A DNA stretch of 64,000 bases from an uncultured Chloroflexia bacterium (GCA_963736895.1 CAVTQU010000008.1:436535-500534); one strand, 5' to 3'. Positions 49,443-60,922 are shown, counted from the first letter of the stretch. Made by a program: numbers and translations. The notes: generated by a model not told the origin, from the letters alone.

Positions 49443-50855
49443 TCACGGCACCTGCGAAGGGCTGGGGGTGCCCACGCGGTAGATGGAGCCACCCTTGCTG
49501 GGCGGAGCGACACAACACACTCGCGGGCTCCCGCGGTAAACATCGTTTGGGCTGTTCCACATCAGCAACAGGTCCCCGGCAACCCGCACCGATTGGTCGA
49601 TGCGTGGGAATTCAATGTCTACATCCAGCCGGCGCCACGTCTCGGTGCTCGGATTGAGCGCCCAGATTTGTTCGGGCTGGTATTCAGATCCGCCGTTCCA
49701 TATCTCGAACACCACCTCATCGCCGACCCACAGGCCGGACGCCGCGACTTGGTCGCCGAACACGCCGAGATCGCCGGGGAAGGCCGGCAAATCCGAGAGC
49801 AGAGTGCCGTTGCTATCGATCAGCTGGATCGGCGCACCTCTTTCGGATGGCACGTTGATGAACGTGGTCACGCGTCCGTCGGAGCCCGGAACGCCTACGA
49901 CCGCGGCAGACGAACCAACGTCGAGGATGGTCCACTTGCCCGCAGCCATGTCATAGCGAGCGATCTTGTCGAATTGCGGGTCGTAGCCAACATCCGCCAC
50001 GACGATCGAGTCACCGGTCCACCACATGCCGTCGCCGATCGAGAATGAGCCAGAAGAGTTGGCGAGGGTCCGCCAGCTGTCCGTGACCGGGTCGTAGGCG
50101 GCTGCGCCGATGTATTCGCGGGACGTTTCGGAGTCGCCCATTACGCCAAGGACGACGGCCTCCTCACCGGTCCAGAGCATCCTCGGATCCTTACCCGCGA
50201 ATCCAGCGGGTGGGCGCGGCAGAGCCCGCCAGGTATCAGTCACGGGGTTGTAGGCGGCACCGTCGTAGTAGAACGAGTCCTCGACACGGCCGCCCCACAC
50301 GATCATTTCCGAGCCGGTCCACGCCACAGCGGACTCGGAACGTGGGCTGAGGGGACCCGCAGCGATAACGCGCCACGTGCCTTTCGCCAGGTCGAACGCG
50401 GCACCACCTCCAGCCGAGCCGTAGATCCCGTCTCCCCATGCGATCAGCTCCGTACCGGTCCAGACCGAGGGCGGAGACGTGCGCGCATTGAGTGGCCAAT
50501 CCGGAATCTCGACCATCTCGCCGGGCGCGATCTCAGTGAAGACTTCAGAGCTGGCCGCCGTAGCAGTGGGACTCGCCGATGGCGTCGGCGATGGGTTGAC
50601 CGCGACGCCTGGCCTGTTGAAGTAGAGACCCAAGACCACGACGCCAACCACCAGAACGATGGCGGCGCCGGTCAGCGCAGGCACAAACCTGGGCGTGCTC
50701 AGTCTTCCCAGGAGTGCGCGCCAGCCCACCTGCTGCCTGCTTCGGCGGGTCCGCTCGAAGGTCGCGCCCAGCACCCGATCGGGAAGCCGCGCGGGAGCCG
50801 CCTGCTCCAACCATTGGCTGATCGATTCGTCGAGTCGCTTGTCAGTAGCCATCAC
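49443..50855 (-). CDS. Putative anti-sigma factor with kelch-like propeller
   Basis: Coupled to the sigma gene; short N-terminus, TM helix, repeated (V/A)WTG-x-E...WGG...YNP...W blades. Confidence 0.75.
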   Translation of the reverse strand: MMATDKRLDESISQWLEQAAPARLPDRVLGATFERTRRSRQQVGWRALLGRLSTPRFVPALTGAAIVLVVGVVVLGLYFNRPGVAVNPSPTPSASPTATAASSEVFTEIAPGEMVEIPDWPLNARTSPPSVWTGTELIAWGDGIYGSAGGGAAFDLAKGTWRVIAAGPLSPRSESAVAWTGSEMIVWGGRVEDSFYYDGAAYNPVTDTWRALPRPPAGFAGKDPRMLWTGEEAVVLGVMGDSETSREYIGAAAYDPVTDSWRTLANSSGSFSIGDGMWWTGDSIVVADVGYDPQFDKIARYDMAAGKWTILDVGSSAAVVGVPGSDGRVTTFINVPSERGAPIQLIDSNGTLLSDLPAFPGDLGVFGDQVAASGLWVGDEVVFEIWNGGSEYQPEQIWALNPSTETWRRLDVDIEFPRIDQSVRVAGDLLLMWNSPNDVYRGSPRVCCVAPPSKGGSIYRVGTPSPSQVP

Positions 50856-51403
50856 GCAATCCCGTTCTTGGCGACCGCGGGCTGACGCGCATCGGCCTGC
50901 AGGGCCGCCCGCATCGCCTCAGTCGCGTAATGAAGTCGTGATCTGGCGGTCCCCTCGGGTATGCCGAGCATTTGCGCTATCTCCGCCGCTGAGAACCCGC
51001 TGTAGTAATGCAAGACGACCACCGCCCTTTGCTCGGGCTTGAGTCGGCTGAATCCGCGCTCCAGCTGTTCTCGATCGGCGACGGATCCGGTGTCGTCGCT
51101 GATGGAAGCCTCGAGTGGGATCGGTCGTACCTGCTGTGACCAGCGCCGCAGTTGCCGGCCCTGATCTGCACAGGCATTGACCATGAGGCGATAGAGCCAG
51201 GCGTCGAACCTGTCCGGATCACGCAACGATGGAAGCTGCTGCCACGCGCGAACCAGGGCTTCCTGCACTGCGTCTTCCGCCAGGTCGGACTGCTGAAGGA
51301 TCAAGCGAGCGACTGCGTAGAGGCGATCACCGGCGGAGGTCGCGAGGACTTCGAATGCCTCGTGGTCCCCTCTGGCAGCAGCCTCGACGAGATCTCGTCT
51401 CAT
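50852..51403 (-). CDS. ECF RNA polymerase sigma factor (paralog B)
   Basis: AEDAVQEALVRAWQQL, LRDPDRFDAW, EIAQMLGIPEGTARSRLHYA. Confidence 0.92.
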   Translation of the reverse strand: MRRDLVEAAARGDHEAFEVLATSAGDRLYAVARLILQQSDLAEDAVQEALVRAWQQLPSLRDPDRFDAWLYRLMVNACADQGRQLRRWSQQVRPIPLEASISDDTGSVADREQLERGFSRLKPEQRAVVVLHYYSGFSAAEIAQMLGIPEGTARSRLHYATEAMRAALQADARQPAVAKNGIA

Positions 51404-51782
51404 ACCCTCTCCATTACCAGCACGACCTCAGTGGCACGCGCTGATAGTTATGACGGATGTGGCAAGGCGATTTACTCAATCTGGTTACTCAGGCCGTTGG
51501 ACGCCCAGGATTCGCTGAGTCGCTCCGCGGCGCTGACGACCGGCGGCGGTTCTCGACATCGCTCATTTCGGCCATTTTGGCGCTGGCCAAGGCGTTCCAG
51601 CGTGCATTTGAGTCGCTGGGTCGCATCAATCGGCGGCTTGGTGATCGGCAACGGGCTGTCCCTCGGCGTTGTCAACCTGTAAGCGACTCAACTTGTCAGA
51701 ACCGAGCCGGTGAGATAATCCCGACACAGCGGGACCCGGTCGAGCGATCCCGCGTTCGGAGTTGAGGATCCAAAGACACCAC

Positions 51783-52670
51783 GTGACCGAAGAAAAATCG
51801 ACCTGGACGACCAAGAAGGGCCTCGCCCAGATGCTCAAGGGCGGCGTCATCATGGACGTCGTCACGCCCGACCAGGCCAAGATCGCTGAGGATGCCGGCG
51901 CAGTCGCCGTCATGGCGCTCGAACGCGTTCCGTCTGACATCCGTGCCATGGGCGGTGTCGCGCGCATGAGCGACCCCTCGATGATCGTGGGGATCATGGA
52001 CGCGGTGACGATCCCGGTCATGGCCAAGGCGCGAATCGGCCATTTCGTCGAGGCGCAGGTCCTCGAGGCACTCGGGGTCGACTACATCGACGAGTCGGAG
52101 GTGCTCACGCCGGCGGACGAGGAGCACCACATCGACAAGCACGCCTTCAAGGTGCCGTTCGTGTGCGGTTGCCGCGATCTCGGGGAGGCGCTCCGCCGCA
52201 TCAGTGAGGGCGCAGCGATGATCCGCACCAAGGGCGAGGCGGGAACGGGGAACATCGTCGAGGCGGTCCGGCACATTCGAGCCGTGCATTCGGGCATCCG
52301 TTCGCTCCAGGCGATGCGCGAGGACGAGCTCTACGCGGCGGCCAAGGAGCTGCGCGCGCCGATCGAGCTCGTGCAGGACGTCGCCAGGAACGGCAAGCTA
52401 CCGGTAGTGAACTTCGTCGCCGGCGGGATTGCGACGCCCGCCGATGCGGCGCTGGCCATGCAGCTCGGCGCGGAGGGCGTGTTCGTGGGCAGCGGCATCT
52501 TCAAGGCAGAGGAACCGGCACGGACGGCGCACGCCATCGTCCAGGCCACCACCCACTTTGATAACGCTCAAATCGTTGCCGACGTTTCGAAGGGCCTCGG
52601 TGCGCCGATGCGCGGCCTGGAGGTCGCACAGATGGCGGACTCAGAGCGCCTCGCCGTCAGGGGCTGGTAG
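51783..52670 (+). CDS. pdxS: Pyridoxal 5'-phosphate synthase lyase subunit
   Basis: [48 protein letters not shown]. Confidence 0.97.
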   Translation: MTEEKSTWTTKKGLAQMLKGGVIMDVVTPDQAKIAEDAGAVAVMALERVPSDIRAMGGVARMSDPSMIVGIMDAVTIPVMAKARIGHFVEAQVLEALGVDYIDESEVLTPADEEHHIDKHAFKVPFVCGCRDLGEALRRISEGAAMIRTKGEAGTGNIVEAVRHIRAVHSGIRSLQAMREDELYAAAKELRAPIELVQDVARNGKLPVVNFVAGGIATPADAALAMQLGAEGVFVGSGIFKAEEPARTAHAIVQATTHFDNAQIVADVSKGLGAPMRGLEVAQMADSERLAVRGW

Positions 52671-52686
52671 CGGCGCAAAACAGTCA

Positions 52687-53364
52687 ATGAACACGCCGAG
52701 CCACCCGGTGCGCATCGGTGTCCTGGCGCTACAGGGCGCGTTCGCCGAGCACGTCGCCGTGCTGCGCCAGATCGGCGTCGAGCCCGTGCTCGTCCGACTC
52801 CCGTCCGACCTGGATGACGTCGCCGGCCTGATCCTGCCCGGCGGCGAGAGCACGACCATGCGCAAGCTCATCGATGAATGGGGGCTGCGTCAGCCGATCC
52901 TCGACCTGGCGAGCAAAGGCGCGCCCATCTTCGGCACGTGCGCAGGAATGATCCTGCTCAGCAGCGAGATCACCGACGGCGATGCGCCCGTCTTCCCGCT
53001 GCTCGACATCTCGGTGAAGCGCAACGCTTTCGGCCGCCAGCTCGAAAGCTTCGAATCGGAGCTGGACGTGCCCGTCCTGGGCGATCAGAAGGTCAAGGCG
53101 GTTTTCATCCGGGCGCCAATAGTCGAGCGCGTCGGACCAAGCGTCGACGTTATGGCACAACTGGAGGACGGACGCGTCGTGGCCGTCCGCAAGGGCCAGG
53201 TCATCGCCACGGCTTTCCACCCCGAACTGGCCGGAGAGACGCGTTTCCACCGTCTCGTGGCGACCATGGCAGCGGCGTATGCAGAGCCCGGTGAAGGGTC
53301 CGGACGGCGTCCGCATCCCATTCGTCGCACCTCCGTCGCGTCAACCAAGCGCGAGCCCGATTGA
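52687..53364 (+). CDS. pdxT: Pyridoxal 5'-phosphate synthase glutaminase subunit
   Basis: IGVLALQGAF, LPGGESTT, GTCAG, RNAFGRQ, FIRAP, FHPEL. Confidence 0.96.
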   Translation: MNTPSHPVRIGVLALQGAFAEHVAVLRQIGVEPVLVRLPSDLDDVAGLILPGGESTTMRKLIDEWGLRQPILDLASKGAPIFGTCAGMILLSSEITDGDAPVFPLLDISVKRNAFGRQLESFESELDVPVLGDQKVKAVFIRAPIVERVGPSVDVMAQLEDGRVVAVRKGQVIATAFHPELAGETRFHRLVATMAAAYAEPGEGSGRRPHPIRRTSVASTKREPD

Positions 53365-54480
53365 TCGAGCCACGCCGTTCTGTTGGTGCCCGTTCCGGAC
53401 GGGTGAGGCTTGCACGCCTGACCGACCTTGCAGCTGTCGGGGAACTCAGCCGGCTGTCGCACGCCGACCCTAAAGGCAAGGACTCGCCGATGCGCACGCT
53501 GGGCCTGCCCGTAACGGGCGGTCACATCGGTGTGTTCAGTCTCTTTCGCCTGCCCCTCGGGTCGTTCTGCCGCGACCGATCTGCTGTACGTCTACGAGGA
53601 GCGCGGCCGCCTCGCCGGGCTGGCACGCGTGGAGCGCGAAGGCATCCGCGACGAGTGGACGATCGTAGAGCTGGACGCGATCGACAATGGCACGGCCGGC
53701 GACATCCGTTTCCGTCTCGTCCAGCACATTCTGAGAGACGCCGGCAAGCGCGGAGCACTGCGCTTCCATGTCGCCTGTGCCGACAAGAGCGGTAACGTCG
53801 AGCTCTTCATGCAGGCGGGTTCGCACGCTACGGCGAGGAGAACATCCTCTACCGACCGCCCGAGGAGCCGCCTGTTCGGCTCACGTCGCCGAGAAGCGCA
53901 GCAGAGCGCGGCATCCGGCCCGCTGCGCCGCTCGACGCGCTACGAGCTCGACAAGCTCTACCGCTCGGCCACGCCGACGCCGGTCGCGCGGCTCGAGGAC
54001 TATCGCCAGCACCGACTGGGAGCGCCAGGGCAACGCACTGGCGCGTTCCACGCTCGTCGCTGACGCCGATCCTCCGCTTTGCCGACGTCGAGGCCTTTGT
54101 CCAGGAGTCGCCGGCGGGCCAGTCGGACGGCTGAGCCGTCTGGCGCCTTGTGTCAGATCGGCGTCGCGAAGGCGGATCAACCCGATTACATTCGCGTCAT
54201 CTGCGCGACCCGACCACGACTCCAAGTGAGCTCATCGCCTTCGGCCTGTCGGTCATCGCTGAGCGAAGCGTCGCGCTGGTCGGAGCTGATCGCGCGCTGG
54301 CAGCGCACTCGCCAGCCGGACGAGCGTGGCGTGTCAGCGCCGTGCGCACCTACGAGTCGCCGCTCGATCGGCGCTTCGAGGAGCATGGCTTCGTCAGCCA
54401 TCGCCACCGTCTCGCTGCTGATGAAGGAGGCTGCCGAGCGTGTAAGCGAAGCCAGCGTTCGTTCCGCTGTCCTGCGCTGA
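53361..54480 (+). CDS. GNAT-like hypothetical protein (multiple frameshifts)
   Basis: TTGA overlap with pdxT; VRLARLTDL, LAGLARV...W-x-IVEL, ELFMQAG, FEEHGF fragments in successive frames. Confidence 0.55.
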
Positions 54481-54512
54481 GGCACCGATGACGGTGCCAA
54501 ACCGAAGGCAAC

Positions 54513-56589
54513 ATGACCGACATGACCGACGAGCAGCCACTGCCGAGCGGCATCCGCGACGATCTCGAGGCGCTGCTTGTCGCACTGCCGCCGGAGATCG
54601 CCGAGCGTATTCGCGCGATTCCCGCGGAACGCGACGTGATCGAGGTCGTCATGGACCTTGGCCGCCCGCCTGAGGCTCGCTTCGGTGGCGGCGGCGAGGA
54701 GGTCCTGCTCGAGCGCGAGGTGACCGAGGAGGACATCCAGTACGTCATCGACCACATCGGCTCGTTCGGCGAGGACAACCGCGCCGGCATCGAGCGCACG
54801 CTGCATCGCATCAGCGCCATCCGCAACCGCAGCGGCAAGATCGTTGGCCTCACCGCGCGCATCGGCCGCGCCGTGTTCGGCACGATCGAGATCATCAAGG
54901 ACCTGGTCGAGTCGGGGAAGAGCGTCCTGATCATGGGCCGGCCGGGTATCGGCAAGACGACGATGCTGCGCGAGGCCGCGCGCGTGCTGGCCGACGAGCT
55001 CGACAAGCGCGTCGTCGTGGTCGACACGTCCAACGAGATCGCCGGCGACGGCGACATCCCGCACCCGGGGATCGGCCGCGCGCGACGCATGCAGGTGCGC
55101 ACGCCGGCGCAGCAGCACGCGGTGATGATCGAGGCGGTCGAGAACCACATGCCCGAGGTCATCGTCATCGACGAGATCGGGACGGAGCTCGAGGCAGCCG
55201 CGGCACGCACGATCGCCGAGCGCGGCGTCCAGCTCATCGGCACGGCGCACGGCAACAACCTCGACAACCTGATGCTCAACCCGACGCTGTCCGACCTGAT
55301 CGGTGGCATCCAGAGCGTCACGCTCGGTGACGAGGAGGCGCGCCGCCGCCGGACGCAGAAGAGCGTCCTGGAGCGCAAGGCGCCGCCGACGTTCGACGTC
55401 GTGGTCGAGATCCAGTCGCGCGACCGCGTGACGGTCCATCCCGACGTCGCCGACACGGTCGACGCGATGCTGCGCGGCGATCCGATCGCGCCCGAGCAGC
55501 GCTGGCGCGACGAAGGTGGCGGTCCACCGCTCGCAGGCACGGCCGCGGCCCGGGCCACAGAGCGCAGATGCCAGGCGAGCGTTTTGGCGGTCTCGTCGGC
55601 ACCGGCACGAGCGGCTTCGGAGCCCGTCGGGCGAGCCGGGCTGGCGCACGTCGCCGACTCTTCGCACGGTTCGGGCTGCAGCACCGAGCGCGGCTACCGA
55701 CCCGGCTATCGGCCCGGGCGCGACCGGCGGTTGGCGGCGCGGTCGGGCAGGCCGCTCATCGGGCTCGGGCTCGAGGGTCGCGGCCGCGATTCATGGGAGG
55801 ATGATCAACAACCCCGGCGCGACAGCGTTCCAAGCCGGGGAGCTAGCCGATCGAGGGCCGCTCGAGCGCGGCACGCCGCTGCCCGGAGCCGCGCGCGCGC
55901 GACATGCGCGAGTTCGAGCGTCAGCGTGAGTGGCGCGACTCGGCGGCGCGCGCGATCAACCAGCTACGCGTGGCGGATGCGTTCGATGGCGAAGAGGGCA
56001 CCGATGACGAGGGCGATGCCTTCTCGACGAGGACTTCGACGCTGACGACGACGGAGCTCGCCGGCGAGCGCCGACCGACGCCATTGCCGTCGGTCGGCGA
56101 GCGATCTCGTCGCTGCCCGAACATGAACGTGCTGGGCTTCGGCGTCAGCCACAAGCGCCTCGAGCAGGCGGTTCGCGAGCTGCAGCTGCCGGTGACCCTG
56201 GTGCGCGAGCCGGACGAGGCGGACGTCGTCGATCACGCTGCGCAACTACTTCAAGCAGAAGGCGCCGGCGCTACGCGACGCTGAGGAACGCGGCCTGCCG
56301 ATCTTCGTGCTGAAGTCGAACACGCTTGATCCAGGTCGAGTCCGCCCTGACGTCGATCTTCGCGCTGGAGGTCGATCCGCGCGACGCCGCGCTGCGCGAG
56401 GTCGAAGAGGCGATCGGCCTGGTCCACGCGCAGTCACAGCCGGTCGAGCTGTCGCCGCAGAACGCATACATCCGCCGGCTGCAGCACCAGATGGCCGAGC
56501 AGGCCAACCTCGTGTCGCACTCGCGCGGCCGCGAGCCCTACCGCCGAGTTCGGCTCTATCCGGATACGCCGCGCGCCCAACGCGGCTAA
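54513..56589 (+). CDS. SpoIIIAA/Ycf45-like AAA ATPase with C-terminal R3H domain (3' half frameshifted)
   Basis: [47 protein letters not shown]; later [14 protein letters not shown] and [10 protein letters not shown]. Confidence 0.88.
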
Positions 56590-58234
56590 CGCCTAGAGGC
56601 CGAGGCCAGAGGCCCTGGCCGGCGATGAGCGACGGCCGGCGACGAGCACGACTGACGGCGCAGGTCACCGGGCAGACGCGTGCGACCGAGGTCGAGAGCG
56701 GCGGCGACTGCGCGGGGAAGCGCTCGACGAACTTGCGCGCGTAGACGAGCGCAAAGCCGATGCCGACGAGCACGAAGGCCATGCCCAGGCCGAACGCGAT
56801 CGGTCAGCACGATGCCCCAGGCCGGCCGGCCGATCGAGATCGAGCCGATCAGCACCAGCAGCGCCGACACGGACGGGATCATGCCGCCCGACAGACCGAG
56901 CGCGAAGAGGCCGCGCTTGCCGATGCCCTGCTGGGGACAGGTGGGTGTGGCCCATCCCGTCGTGCTCGTGCCAGCCTCGGCTGGCACGCGCTGCGTGAAT
57001 GGTCGTGCTCGTGCTCGTGCTCGACGCCATGCTCGTGGGCGGCGGCGTGGCTTCGTGCGGCTCGCCGGCTGAGCACATCGACGCCGCAACGCGCGTGACC
57101 AGCAGGTAGCGTGCCGATCACGACCACGATCGCGCCTGACACGACGCTCAGGATGGGATAGAGGCTTGCTCGGCCGGGATGACCACGGCCGCGGAGAGGC
57201 TGAGAGCGCCCAGGGCAAGTACGCCGATCGTGTGCGACACCGTCACCGTCAGACCCAGGCCAACCGCCTGGCGGGCGTTGCCGCGCGAGCCGACCAGGTA
57301 GGCGGCCATGACGGTCTTGCCGTGGCCGGGAGAAACGGCGTGAAGCGCGCCCGAGCCCGACCGCGACGAGCAGCGACAGAGCGATGATCGGCGGCGTCAG
57401 GTCTGCCGCCTGGAAGAGCGCCGTGACGTCGCTGCCGAGCTCGGTCACGCCCGCCGGGGAGGATGGCCGGGGCGGGGGCCGCCTCTGCCGGCGCCACCGG
57501 CTCATCGGCTGGTATCGCCAGCGGTGGTCGGCCGTCGAAGCCAATCGGCGTCGCGTCGGGAACGGAGAAGGGCGGGCAGTGTCGGGCCGCCCGGCGTTCG
57601 CGACGAAGCGTCGCCGCCGATTGGCCAAGCGGAATGGACAGCAGGTCGGCGGGATAGTGGGTGAGCCGGTCGGATGTGCGCCGTCGTCGGGAGCGTCGCT
57701 GTCCTGCAATCGTCGCTCCGTCGCCCTCGCACGACGATCTCGCGCCAGCCCTGTCGCTCGGCGTAGGAAACGGTCCTCGAACGAGAACGCGGCAGCGGCC
57801 GCCAGAGCGCGACGGTCGAGCGCTGCGCTGTAGACGCACACGAGGCGCATCGTCGGATTGCCCTGACCCATCGGGAAGCTGATGCCGCGCTGACGGTCGT
57901 CCAGCGGCAGCGGCGAGCCGCCGACCGTCAGGTCGAGATCTGGGTCGCCAACGCCGCGCACTCGCGCCGCGTCGAAGGCGGCCGCCTCGGAGTCGGAGAC
58001 GTCGCCGTCGGCGTCGGTGTCCATCTGGCGGCGCTCGCTGAAGGTGGGGATCTCGGCGAAGTCGGTGACGTGGTCGACGAGAACGGCGTCCGTCGCCACG
58101 CGCAGCCCGTTGTAGTGGTTGATCGTGAAGTTGCCGAGCGGGTGTGCGCTCGTCGCTGGGACGACGAGCGCCAGTGCCGCGAGGGCGAGGGCGAACGCAG
58201 CGCCAGGACTGACAGCCGGCGCGCAGCGGTTCAT
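56586..58234 (-). CDS. NicO/RcnA-family nickel/cobalt transporter with N-terminal extracytoplasmic domain (heavily frameshifted)
   Basis: AHPLGNFTINHY; GALHAVSPGHGKTVMAAYLVGSRG; His-rich HEHGVEHEHEHDH; GLSGGMIPS. Confidence 0.8.
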
Positions 58235-59605
58235 TGACCGAGCGCCTTCTCGCGCCGCCTGGACTGACGAGCGGCGAGAACGGAGGATGAAGAGCGAGCG
58301 CCTGCTGGAGGTGTGCGCGCCCTGGTCGGTCAGGCCGTTGGCGATCTCGATGAGTCCGGCGTGGATCAGCAGCTTGGCGTCGGGCGTGCCCAGGCCATCG
58401 CCTGGCTCATGGCGCCCAGCGCCTCGGCGTCGCGGCCGGCGGCGTGGAGCGCCCAGGCGTATGTGTCGTAGCCGTAGATGTCCTTGCGGTTTCGAGCTCC
58501 GTCTGGGCGAGCGTCAGCGCCCGTCAGCGTCGCCATCCGTGATCGGACAGGAACAGGCTGTACTCGCGGTCGTAGACGGCCGCTGCCGGTCGCTGTGCAG
58601 GCCACGCGATGAACTCGACCGTGTGCGTACTGCTCGTGCCGCCGGCTGATCGCCGGACAGCGCGTACAGGTCGCCCAGGAACGCCACGTAGTCCGGCCGC
58701 GGCACGGCGGCCACGGCCGCTCGTAGGAACGAGATCGCACCGGCGATGTCGCCACGGGCGTAGGCCACGCGACCTTCGCCGGCCAAGTGCCAGCGCGTAG
58801 CCGGGCAGCGCGGCCAGGGCGGCCGAGTAGCTCGGCCGGCCGCATCGAGATCGCCGGCCAGCAGCTCGAATTCGGCGGCGGCGTAGTCGTAGAAGGCGAG
58901 GTCGGCGGCCAGTTCGCCACGCGCGTCGGCCGCCTCGGCGGCCTGCGTGGCCAGAGAGCTGCGCCTGGCCGGATCGCCTTCGAGGAACGCGAGTCGCGCC
59001 GGCGCGGACGGTGATCGGCGGGCCAGTCGACGCGGCTGTCGAGCTTTGTCAGCGCGATCGTCGCGTTGTCGACAGGTCGCCCGAGCTCGAAGGCAGCTAT
59101 CGAAGACGATCGCCAAGCGCGGCGTTCGCGATGGATTCTGTTCGAGGACAGTCGTCGCGTCGCGCAGCGCTCGTTGAAGTCGTGGAGCGTCGAGCTGCGA
59201 TCCTCGCCAGGCCGAGTCGAGGCATGCGTGCTCAGCGGCGCGATGTCGAGCGCGCTGCTGGTAGGCAGTCGTGCGCCGAGGTGAAGTTGGCGAGGTCGCC
59301 GGTCTGGCGGCCCTTCGAGTCGAACAGCGTCGCCAGGTATGACCACGCGGTGTCCGAGCTGGGGTGTCTCGCGGAGCCGGTCCTGCCAGAAGGCGATGCG
59401 GCGATCGACGTCGCTGGTGTCGACGCCGGCGACGCGGAGCGATCGGGTCAGCCGGCGTGATATCGGTCAGCGGATCCGCAGCGGCCGCCGGAGCCGGCGC
59501 CGCGACGGCCGGGGCCGGCACGGTGGCGGACGCAGCATCACGGGGCCACAGCTGCACGGTCGCGACGATGAGGATGGCGACCAGCGGCAGCACGAGGTAG
59601 CGCAC
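58231..59605 (-). CDS. Membrane-anchored TPR protein (heavily frameshifted)
   Basis: N-terminal TM helix; fragments DLAFYDYAAAEFEL, PRPDYVAFLGD, DIYGYDTYAWALHAAGR; ATGA overlap with the transporter gene. Confidence 0.72.
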
Positions 59606-59705
59606 GCGGCTGAACCGCGCGGGAAGAGATCGGCGAAGCGTGCCCGGAGGGCCCGGGGATGCCGCTTCGGCGATCCCCGGACTTCCGAGTCAGCGCCTGA
59701 GGCAC

Positions 59706-60741
59706 TCAATTGTTCGCCGCTGCGAGGAACGGCCAGCTGTTCGAGAACGATGCTGTCGTTGTCCACGCAGTCGGTGGTGATGGCGCCATTGGTGACGAGG
59801 TCGAGCTCGGCATCGATGACGTCATCGGAGAGACGACGACCGTTGAGGAAGCCGTCCGTGTTGCCCGTCTTGTAGGTCAGGATGTCCGGGATCAGCACGC
59901 CGGCGAGGCCGTTGGGATCCGCCGCGCCGAGTGCCGTCAGGACGTCCTCGACGTGATAGCGGTAACCGCGGCCAACCTGCTTGATGGGATTGCGTCTCGT
60001 TGAACTTCTGGCGATCGGCCTGGTCGGTCTCCTCGTTGTTGAAGACCGTGTTGATCGCCGGCCGACCCATCTGGTCCAGCTGATGGCCAGTTCGAGTCGA
60101 CTGTCGTGGCCCACACGCCGATGCCCATGTCGTTGCCGCCCAGCGAGCTGTTCGGCACCCTCAGGACGATGGCGCTGATGTTCAGGCCAAGGAAGAAGTC
60201 GTGGGTATTGCTGTCGCAGAAGGTGCGGCCATTGCCGTTGCCCAGGACCTGCGCCCTTGAAGGCGTCGAGGTCGAAGAAGAACGGATCGTCGAACAGGCC
60301 GGCAGTGGTTCGCCACCGCCGCCGATCAATGTCGACTCGGTGCCGGTCCAGCCCGCCCGCCAACCAGGTGTCGTTGCGCCACAGGTCGTAGCTCTGGACG
60401 CCCATGTTGTTGGGCTTGCCGAACTTGTACATGTACCTGATGTCGGCCTTGTGGTCGCCGTCCGTGTCGACCTTGATCAGGTAGTCGATCTTCGAGCCGA
60501 ACGTGGTGGGCGAGTTGGGCAGCGCGCCCGCGCCGGGATTGACGCCGAGGATGAACACGGTCTGGTTCCCGCCGTTGCCGCTGAAGACGTACAGGTCGGT
60601 GATGTCCCCTCGGCCGTTCTCCGACACCTTTGGCGAATCAAGGTGATCGGCCGCGTTGGCAATCGGTGCCAGACCGAATGAAAGGATCAGTAGTGAGCTG
60701 GCCAGCGAAGCCGCGGCTGCTCGTGTGCGCTCAGTGCGCAT
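59706..60741 (-). CDS. Secreted DUF4331 family protein (frameshifted)
   Basis: Signal peptide, then AADHLDSP, DITDLYVF, DDPFFFDL, MGRPAINT, NGRRLSDDVID; GGAGG RBS before the ATG at 60741. Confidence 0.88.
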
Positions 60742-60766
60742 ATGGTGAGTACCTCCTCGGTGGTTG

Positions 60767-60796
60767 AAAAACGCGTGCCGCCGACGTGGCGCACGC
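60767..60796 (-). terminator. Terminator-like hairpin inside the DUF4331 5' leader
   Basis: GCGTGC-GCC-acgtc-GGC-G-GCACGC followed by GTTTTT, just upstream of the RBS. Confidence 0.35.
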
Positions 60797-60896
60797 CGCG
60801 GCGCCTTGTGGCGCGCCGGACCTTGGGCATGTCCGTCTTTCTGGGGCGCTCCTCCTCGATCTGGGCCGGTCCTCATTCCGGGTTGTCACTCCTCTG

Positions 60897-60922
60897 TACG
60901 CAGCCGATCGCGAAAGGGATCA
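60897..60922 (-). promoter_or_regulatory. ECF (SigK-type) promoter for DUF4331-TPR-NicO
   Basis: TGATCC (60922-60917), 16 bp, CGTA (60900-60897). Confidence 0.6.

Noticed and set aside
51404-51782. Riboswitch or small gene upstream of pdxS
   Set aside because: No recognisable riboswitch consensus; the short ORFs lack RBSs and motifs; only weak promoter-like hexamers are present.
53500-60300. Mass pseudogenisation or programmed frameshifting
   Set aside because: The indels are numerous, lack consistent slippery sites and also hit genes expected to be essential elsewhere in the window; sequencing error is more parsimonious.
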